Made by a program: the position numbers and the translations under genes. A DNA stretch of 63,104 bases, the filler included, from Choristocarpus tenellus KU-1152 (taxonomy: Eukaryota > Protista > Phaeophyceae): assembly GCA_964200185.2 (NCBI GenBank). It is 11 parts of 11 records of this genome, joined end to end, with 100 filler letters (N's around TTAATTAATTAA, not from the genome) between each part and the next. Parts side by side here need not be neighbours in the genome. Positions count along the whole stretch, not along the records: positions 46,915 to 58,013 come from CAXNAD020002509.1; positions 58,114 to 63,104 come from CAXNAD020012256.1; 9 more parts are not named here. One strand, 5' to 3'. Below are positions 51,354-60,610 of the stretch, in pieces (position 1 is the first letter of the stretch; each line of letters starts with the position of its first letter). Below the pieces are notes generated by a model that was given only the letters and a program-made list of their open reading frames with translations, was not told the DNA's origin and made no database searches.

Positions 51354-54300
51354 CAGCCTGTTGTTTTGCGAATGGGTTGTGCATGTTCATAGGCAATTTG
51401 ACTGCTGTAGTGAGCAAATCTTGCCCTACACCCTAGAGTTCTAAGCCTGGTCCACTCCCCTTCATAACGCCTGATCCTGTCAGCAGATTCATTTGCAAGC
51501 AACTGTATACTCCAAAGTATGTTGCTTCAATGAACAAAGCGAGTACATGCCACTAAGAAAAAGTTGCAGCAAGACAGAGCAGTTGAGGTGAAATGTACTC
51601 TTCCACCCTTCCCTTAGCTGCCCTCTTGCTTTGTGGAAGGTAACAGTCCCTTCCGAGAATGTACTCTTGAGTCCCTCACAAAATGCCTTGTAGATAAGCT
51701 AGCATATGATCACATATTCTACTTTACCCTTGGTCAAGACCTGGGCGGGCAAGTAGCGGTTGTGAGCTCCCAGAAGGACAATAGGAGTTGCTGCCAAGTC
51801 CAGTACTCCCACACTCGAATTGGACTGAAGTGGGAGACCCCTGTAGAGTTCGAAGATGTAGCAAAGCAGTGCATAAGACAGCTTTTGACCAATAGCTGGT
51901 AGATAGAGTATATTATCTTGAAAAAGGCATAATTGTCAAAGTTCAGCTATCTAATCAGTATTTCTAACATCATCATTTGTTCTTAGCAACGGAGGGTATT
52001 TGTACGTAGGCAGAGATGAGCTTCAAGTCAGAGCAAAAATAGACTGTTCACTCACTTCCAAGCACTAGTTATGAATAAATTTGCAGTACCCCTGAGTAGG
52101 AATTAGTAGCACAGTGAAGGCAAGGAGTACACACTTTGTGAAATTGGCATATATCGAGTCACTTAAAGGAGCCACAGGGGAGCAGCTACCCTCAAAAGGG
52201 ACCAGAGGGAAACACATCAAACATATTTAGTAGAAACAGACAACAAACGGGTTATCCTTGAAGCAAAGTGGGAAATGCTGTTGAAAAATGGTATTCCCAA
52301 AGCTAAGAGTCCAATGTGCAGAATGCTCCCCACCTGCAAGCAGAAATAACCCTCTATGCACAGCCCACTACATCCAGGAGCTGCCATTCCAGCCTCGGAG
52401 CCATACCTCCCTGGAAGGCATGGGGTAGCTGCAGACGAACCTTCCTTGCAGTATGTTCCAGCCAGGCAAGTTCTTCCATCATGATACCAATATTGCCCAG
52501 GGACCACATGGGCAGAATAAGGACAAGGAAGGTAAACCACAACTAGAATTTAGAAAGTGATTGAGGTGTGAAAAGGACTGGAGAGGATGTGGAATGGGAC
52601 AATCCTGGTCTAGTGCTCGATAGAGAGTACGAAGTTATTTGGAATTTTCTACCCATGTGGAATGCTGTTTCGGTGTCAGTCTTGAAGGGCTGTGGAGGTG
52701 TGCATGTGGGACCCCATAGTAGTGTCTGAATTCCCTCACTAGGTACTAACCCTAACCCTAACCCTATGCGCGTATTTGGTGTATCAAGAGCTAACTGTCC
52801 GTGGCACGCTCTCCATAAGAGTGCTCGAAAGAAGGCCATGTCAAACACTTGTGCCGTGCAAGCATGATTGTACCTACAACTCAATAAAATGCAATATTCC
52901 TCGACTTCAATACAAGAAGCTTCATTTGAACCACCGACATTACCACATTTCACACTCTTCACCAGCCTCTGTTACACCCCATTTTATATCCTCTGATAGA
53001 AATCAAAACCCCTTTTCCAACCATCTCTCTGGCTCATATATACTGTGCACCAAGCACAATTTGAAATCAATGCCCTCAACCCTCACCCGGAGCAGGTGGA
53101 ATTTGAAAGGCCATGTTCTCCTCCAAAGGTCCCTGCGGGGCAAGGTCTCTGATTTCCATCCCCAGTACAATAATGGCCGAGCTCACACAATGCCTGCCTG
53201 GTATGTGTACGAGCCCCATCGCCTCCAAGGATGTAGTACCCAACACTAACCTGTAGGACATTCCGCCAGAACATGAAAGACATATTAGCGGGAAGTATGA
53301 TAAGTAGAAGAAGTAAGGAAAGAGGGTAATGCGATTATGAATAATCATAGTATTTACCCCTATCTTACAAGATCAAAGTATCACTTTGGGGCGATGCATT
53401 CACTAGAAATCGACTGGCTGCAAATTTTTGGATGGTGAATGATTGAAATGAAGGTTCAGGGTGAAAGGAAGGTTGCAAGGTGAATTCATCCTATGATATT
53501 TGGTTGAAGGTGAAAAAAGGCGCTACTATTGTTGATGTGAATTTTGCCTTTCAGACCACCTGCTTGTTTTCCCATTAAAAAAAATGACTTAAATGACTAC
53601 TGGTGCACCGTTTTTTGGATAGAATGTTGAACTTGCCTGAACCGGGGCACTAGATCCCTCAGGGCAGAAGAAACCATTTCCACCGCACTCCCTTTGATCT
53701 ACATTCATGCTGCCCGCAGGACAATAGTATCCAGCTTTACAAACCGCCTTGACACAATATTCGCCTTCAGGAGACAGCAGTGTTGAGTGTCAGCGGGGCG
53801 GTAGTGCCCTGGGGTCACTGGCATGTCAAAGATAAGGCGTGCAGATAAGTAACAGGAGGTGGGAGAAGAATGTTGTTGCTTGTAGCCTTTTCACAAAGTA
53901 AAGTTCATAATTGCACTTATTTTTACCCTTCCAGAATGTCTAGTCCAATTTACAGGCACACAATAAACACAACACATACAGTGGGAACAACAATTGATTC
54001 ACCCGTTTCAGTACAGATACTGGAACAATCTGCTGTCCCCAGGCCTGTCTCATTTCCTGCACTCCCTTCTGGACATGGCAGGGGCAGCACTGATCCTGGT
54101 GGGCAGTAGTGCCCTGAAGGAGAAAATTGTGTAACAGAGGCAACACAGTGTGTAGAGAGGAAAATCGTGAAACAATTCAACGTGATTACAAAGGAACCAC
54201 CCTACTATAATCCGCCATTGGCTTGGTTAGAAGGTAGGGGGAGTGTTAAGGAGATAGGGAGACAGGGAGGTGGTGGTAGGGGAAGAAATTGGTTTCGATT

Positions 54301-57222
54301 GTACACAGCAAGGGACCACTTTGAACATAATGAGGCCAACACAAATATTCTCCTCATTCTTTTGGGCTAAGACTGATGTGTCCACTTCAAACAAGTTCAT
54401 TCTTGGAGTTCACTACGGCTAGTGGTGCATTAATGGACCGATCATCATCCATGAACTATGCTTGGTGCTCGACACAGTCACACAAGCATAAAAATAACAA
54501 GATATCAATTCACCTGGGTTCAGAGACAACAGTACCCTCACCCATAGGACAGGTTTCGCATTGGTCCAAGGATTCCAGGCTGTTGATGTAGTTGTAGGTT
54601 CCAGATGGACAAAGGTAACCTTTGGCTGTAGCTGTGCCTGCAGGGCAGAAACTGCCTGGAGGGCATTCTCCATCACACCGGAATCCGTCCTCCTATAATG
54701 AAAGACAGCAAGCAGGAACATATAGGCAGCAGTGGGACAGGTCTTGAGGGAAATACCCAGAGCACTTCTGAGTATGATACGGAGCTTGGAGAAAAGTTAA
54801 ACAGTAAAGTGCCCCAAGTCTTGTCTGAATAAATCGTTCATGTTAATGAGAACCACTACTACTTTGTAAAGTATTGCTCCTACAATACATCCTTCGAAGG
54901 AGGTCAGACACGAGACCTGACGCCCAATCCTTCCTCGCCTTGGATGAAGCCTGCTGAATGCAAGCACTGGTGTATAGAGTGTCCATCAAGTTGTGATCTA
55001 ATACATGGAGCTGTGGAATATGGTGAGTACATATATTTCTACATGTACACATGTGTGTGTGTGCTCATGTAATAATAAATTTCTACTACATACGTTTGAA
55101 AGTGCTGCATACCAACAATAAAATTAGCACCTTGTTTCCAAGTATCCCAAACTCAATATCTCCAACAAATACTCTGGAGTATTGTCCTTGGTCGTTTTCT
55201 GGCCACCTCAGAAAAACTATCCCATCAATCAACCACACAAACACGTGTCCTCTCTGACCTTAACCTCTTGACTTCCAAATCTGAAGTGAGCTACTTCCCC
55301 TTTGTTCTCCCAGTGTCACTGTATATGGTACCTTGAAAGTGAAATATTCAGTAGCCTACACCACCTTCAAGCTGTGGACTGCTTCCACTTTTCTTAACCC
55401 TACATTCACATCAGCCCTTCTCTCAGTGCTGGAATAAGATCAAATTAACAGAAATCTCAATTCCTGCCACACATCAGCTCACCCTTACTGCTGCTAAACC
55501 CAGAGACATGCCATATGTCCCAGCGGGGCACGCCATTGCCTTGCCTTTGATGCAGAAGGTTCCTGGCTCACATATTGCTTGACTGTCTTGAGTCAATCCC
55601 TCTTCAATATCTCCATCAGCCAAGTCCACTGTAAAATTTTCTTGACTGCTGGTTAAGGTCGGAGAGGTTTCATGGATGCTTGATATCATTCCAAATGAAG
55701 GTCAATACAAGGTATGCCTATTACTTGCCATAGCATTCAGATTGTGGTAGTCAGCAAATTGATGTGGCATGTCCTTGTTCCAATCATCTCTCGTATCCAA
55801 ACACTCTCCAGCACAGAGGTAAAGGCTGTTCTTGAAACAGACTCACCAAGGGCAATTGTGGTCATGGCAGCATACTATGGCAATTTTACTGAGATGTGGC
55901 TGGGCAGAACAATAGAACCTTGAAGTAGTACAGTACTATTTTTTTGTCACAAGAAATATCCAAACCCAATTCTACTGTTGAACAAACCCAACATTCTACT
56001 ACAGCGAACCCTCAAGTCCCACAGTCACCCCAACTATAATTTTGAAGTCAGGGACCACAATAATGACACTATCACCAAACTGGGACCCCAGTCACAGAAG
56101 TTGGTGCTGAAGGACAGACGGCAGGCTCTAGTGAGATAAGTGCATACAACAACCAATTGTGCATCCTTTCGAAAAGGATAGGATTAGAGTGTTTCTGCCA
56201 AGTATTACACCCTACAGATAAAACCTCACACTTTCCACCACAAGCTATACAGCCGTGCATGGCTACCACTAAGGGTCTCTATAGCTCCAACTGCTCATGT
56301 GTGAAAGTTTAATTTGACAACAATCATAAGACCCCAACACCTTTCAAGTGGTTTTTGTTGCCTTTCTTTTCCCATCTCTCAGAGCAATCTGAAGCAAATA
56401 AAACGATCACCCCACCTGAATGTGTAGAAGCCCCAGGTGGCCATGATCGGGGTCCCTGACCCCTGTGGACAATACACCTCTTGAGACCCACATGCACTGG
56501 TGTTTGCTTCTGTGGATCCAGCAGGGCAGTAGTGGCCGGGCAAGCAGAGTCTGGACCGAAGGAATTAGATGTCACCAGAAATATGAAGGGACAAGAGCAT
56601 AAAGAGATTGAACCTGATGCGGGCAAGTACAGTGAGTGCCAGTGCCCATCCATAGTTCTACCGTTTGTCTTGAAGGGAAAAAAAAACTAGAACATTAATA
56701 GCCATTTCTTAAGAATGAGTATTCGCAGATATATGTGTTGCAATATGCATACAATATTCTTGTCATATTTTGTACCCATAATCTTGTACTATGCTACTGG
56801 ATGGAGAGAGCCACAGGCCATCAGAAACCGCCTTCGCCAGAGAGGGAGTGAGAGAGAGAGAGAGAATCATGGAGTCACCAGAGAGGGAGTATGTGCGTAA
56901 TATTCCCCTGTGAGGACAGTTGGTGCTCTCCCACAAACTCACAAGTTACTGTTCTACACAGCTATTACAAATGTCCAAAAAGGTACATTATTAAATCACG
57001 AATATTCTACTATTATTACCCCCACAGATGTTTTTCAAGTTTCGTCATGGATGGAATAAAAAGAAACATGAGGTAAGGAATCAAAAGACACAAATAGTGA
57101 CAATAGTGCTATTGAAGCCTTACCCTGTGCAAGCTGGGCTTGACAGGCCAATTTCGCTACCAAAGGTTCCTGCTGGGCATGGGCTGGCCAATGCCTCAAC
57201 AGACCCTTTAGGACAGTAGTGC
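49494..57222 (-). CDS. Cys-rich repeat protein (ephrin-receptor-like/GCC2-GCC3-type CPxGxYC repeats), 5'-incomplete, >=509 aa; exons 57124-57222, 56416-56550, 55489-55648, 54542-54692, 54003-54113, 53637-53764, 53087-53250, 52334-52472, 51741-51840, 50780-50937, 49494-49679
   Basis: Eleven exons splice in consistent phase with no internal stop, e.g. HYCPKGS..PCPAGTFGSEIGLSSPACTG|LCLPGHYCPAGS..CGSQEVYCPQGS.., ending CSGLCPTANVCRPGSVDPTGRRLLDPVVPF* (TGA 49494-49496). Nine introns are GT-AG and one is GC-AG. Confidence 0.92.
52746..52765. repeat. Short interstitial telomere-type (CCCTAA)3 repeat in an intron; (TTAGGG)2 also at ~48779-48792
   Basis: ctaaccctaaccctaaccct. Confidence 0.7.
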
Positions 57223-57774
57223 CTGAAACAGGAGAAAAAGAGGGAACAGGATTATAATGCAGGAAAGTTGACACGAAAGAGTCTCCTCAGGGATTAAGAT
57301 CAAATCAACTAACTCTTAGTAACAACATATGTTCCGGGCAGATTGATCAGCAATTGGTGTAGCATTTACTTAATGGTACGGCTTGCAGGGTAGGGGAACT
57401 CTCACTAGTGATGAGTAGCAACTTTCTAGAGGTCGACTGAGTATAACACAGGTGCTCGCATGGCCCCCATCCACCCCTAAGTACAAAGACCGCTGTTAGA
57501 AAATGTTTCGTCTTGAAGGGTGGATGATATCTTGAGGGTTTTTCAACCACTTTCTTACGTACAACAGCGTTACCATTTAGAAGTACTTGAACAGGGTGGG
57601 GTTGCATTCTACCCTAGACTGGGCTTCAGGCCGTCCGAGACAGGGGCAAAGAAGGATGGGGTCAATGACAGGGCTCATGAAGCAGCAATTTGCATCTTGG
57701 GTAGTGGGCTTGGGCAAGTCTATTGTGCAAACGCAAGATTTGTCTTGAGGACTCAAGAGGACAGACAGACCAAT

Positions 57775-58013
57775 GAGTGAAAGTATCTTAGAGGGTACGA
57801 GTTTTGCCCTGTTTGTCCATTTGGGACTTGACTTCCCATGTTTTGTTTTTTTGCATTTTCCAACTCTGAAATGTTTCAGAGTAGGTAAAATGTATATGTT
57901 ATGAAAAGCTGTGTTCGGAAAATGGTTATTGACATCTCCTAACAAACTTGATAGCCAAAATTATATCAAAATTGCAATATTGGATTTTGGTCCCAAATGG
58001 ACACGGCTCTACC
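57775..58013 (+). mobile_element. MITE family A copy, right TIR cut by the contig end
   Basis: gagtgaaagtatcttagagggtacgag ... caaatggacacggctctacc. Confidence 0.92.
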
Positions 58014-58371
58014 NNNNNNNNNNNNNNNNNNNNNNNNNNNNNNNNNNNNNNNNNNNNTTAATTAATTAANNNNNNNNNNNNNNNNNNNNNNNNNNNNNNN
58101 NNNNNNNNNNNNNGGTGTGGGGTGGGTTTCAGGCAACACCGTCAATAAAACAATCAAGAAATAATTTTTATTGCACGTCTGTGGTTAACCACACATACAT
58201 ACTACATGGTCACCCGAAGATCAATAAGTTGGTTGACAGGATATCTAAACGCGGGATAACTATCTCAACTTAGGTTGAATAGTTCGACACAGGGATATCT
58301 CGCAACAGCTGTAACCCAACTAGAGGAGGAGTAGAGCGCGAACATCCCACCAATGTCGAGAACTCTCTCAC

Positions 58372-59271
58372 CTTCTGGTACATTTTGTGGATATCTCCTA
58401 GTGACACTTCTTTTTTCTTCGTCTGCCGCTTGATAGCTTCTTGGAGCTTGCACTGAAAATATATCTTATCGTATAACGTGCGCTCAACCACACTCTCTGT
58501 GTAGCGTCGCTGAATGCTATAAGCATAGCGGTGCAGTGGGCGAACGGGACAAGGGTTAGGTGGGGAGCGATCGCGGGACACACGCGGCCTGCGGCACCGA
58601 GAAACATGTTGCTGTGGACAGGAATACCTCAAGGGACAAAAAGATGAGCAACGAAAAGATCCACAATGGGCTGACTGACAATGAATATAGCAAGGGAAAC
58701 TCAACAACAACTTCGTATATCAGAATAGTCATCAGGCGATCACGGAACAACGAAAACACTCAACTTACTTCGGTGCTTAGTTGATCAGAACGGTCAGGCG
58801 ATTATGGAACAACGAAACCACTCCATCACCCACCGTTGGCAATTAGCCTCTCTTCTGTTTGGTCGAACTCCATGTAGATCCGCATGGTGAAAGTGTGCTC
58901 GGGATCAAACACTCACTTCAGCACCGTTACTCTATGGTTACCATCCAATACACACCCTTCAATGGCAATCGCAGTAGAGGCGTTTAGCTCATCCATATTG
59001 CCTAACTTTCTCGCTGGATGACAACACTTGAGGCAAACTGATCCAGCCAGCCTTTCTCCTTTATGGACTTGTGAACGCGCGCAAGGCCACGCTCGTTCAA
59101 GGGACGCACCATATCTGTGCATGTGATATGTCCTAATTTCATCTTGTATGACCCCAGATAATGTTCATCCAATAGCTGGGACATGCCAGTAGGGGGTAGG
59201 TCCTGTGTTCTGGATTCCAAACTTTTCCCATCGGCAGGCGAGTGGGTTGTTGTTCTTGGAATGTTCGACAT
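58372..59271 (-). pseudogene. Intron-containing ParB/Sulfiredoxin-like N-terminal domain gene, pseudogenised (exons 58834-59271 and 58372-58516; 3' part missing)
   Basis: MSNIP..HYLGSYKMKLGHI..VRPLNERGLARVHKSIKEKGWLDQFASSVVI/../GCVLDGNHRVTVLK*VF..FTMRIY..EERLIAN|AFSDAT/ESVVERTLYDKIYF..MYQK|gtgag. RP....L..SI...G and (V/I)DGxHR are the ParB/Srx signature. Two frameshifts and one stop. Confidence 0.72.
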
Positions 59272-59743
59272 GGCAAAGATTGGGTTAGTGTGATGGGGAT
59301 GGGTAAATAAGAGGTCTGCTTGGTATCTATGGAAGGGAATGAATTGAAATGAGGACTGAGGGATGGGAGGTGCTGTTTTATGTTGTCTGACCTTTCGATC
59401 CTCAAAACTCAGATTGCACATTTTTCATGAGAATTGCGTTAAAAAAATACGAATATCAAACAGCATAGGATTTCATATTGAACTGGGACAGAGGGTGTCT
59501 GTATTTTCGTGACCTTTTCGGCCTATCACGTTTTGAACGTATGAGACCAATGAAGGATGTGGTTTGTATCTGTATTTGTTGGTGTAAAGATTAGAATACC
59601 ATTCTACTTTTGGAAAAACCCTACCGCACATGTTCTGAGTGTTCAACGGTATTCCTGGTTACCAGTAACCAGGAATAGTGGTGTACAACTTTTCTCTAAG
59701 AGTCACTTATTATCGACTTGCACGTTTATGGCAATCGCTATGT

Positions 59744-60529
59744 AATTCAAAGTATCTTAGAGGTTAGGGTCGAGTCTGAGTGAAAGTATCTTAGAGGGTA
59801 TGCGTTTTGCCCTGTTTCTCCATTATTTGAGGCTTGGCTTCCCGTGTGTTTTTTTGTGACACTCTACTACTCCAAAACATTTTGGAGTAGTAGGTAAAAT
59901 GTAAAGGTTATGAAAAGGTGTGCCCAGAACATGGACATTGATATTTCCTAACAAACAAGATGGCCAAAATTATGTCCAAATCACAATGTTGGATTTTGGC
60001 CCCCAAATGGACGCGACTCTACCCTCCTCTAAGATACGTTGGCTCTCTGTTTGTTGTCTGTTTGGGGCAAAATCCAATGTTGCGATTTTGATTAAATTTT
60101 GGCTTTTGTGTATGTTAGGGAGTGTCAATATCCTTGTTCCATATACACCTTCTCATAACATAAATATTTCACCTACTACTCTAAAATATTTCGGAGTAGT
60201 AGGAAAATGTCTTTTAAAAAAACGTGGGAAGCCAAGCCCCAAACGGACAAACAGGGCAAAAATCGTGCCCTCTAAGATACTTTGGCTCTCTGTTGTTTGT
60301 TGTCTGTTTGGGGCAGATTCCAATGTTGCGATTTTGATGTAATTTTTGGCTGTTGTGTATGCTAGGGAGTGTCAATATTCTTGTTCCATACACACCTTTT
60401 CATAACATAAATATTTCACCTACTCTAAAATATTCCGGAGTAGGAGAATTACTTTCAAAAAAACGTGGGAAGCCAAGCCCCAAACGGACAAACAGGGCAA
60501 AAATCGTACCCTCTAAGATACTTTCACTC
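59744..60529. mobile_element. Nested MITE family A cluster: reverse copy (from 59744) interrupted by a forward copy (59778-60045, TSD TCT), with the remainder tandemly duplicated
   Basis: TIR cores at ~59749, ~59783, ~60027-60045, ~60269-60287 and ~60511-60529. Two ~244-bp direct repeats each start ctctaagatac.ttggctctctgtt. Confidence 0.9.
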
Positions 60530-60610
60530 TCCACGAGACGCGGCGAAATGGGCTGACATATTGGGCTCACGCCCATCCCTCCCTTGCTCCCAACTCCCCA
60601 AACTGGCCAG

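Noticed and set aside
57300-57770. Further 5' exon of the Cys-rich gene (EFPYPASRT-like)
   Set aside because: It is flanked by stops and has no phase-compatible splice sites.
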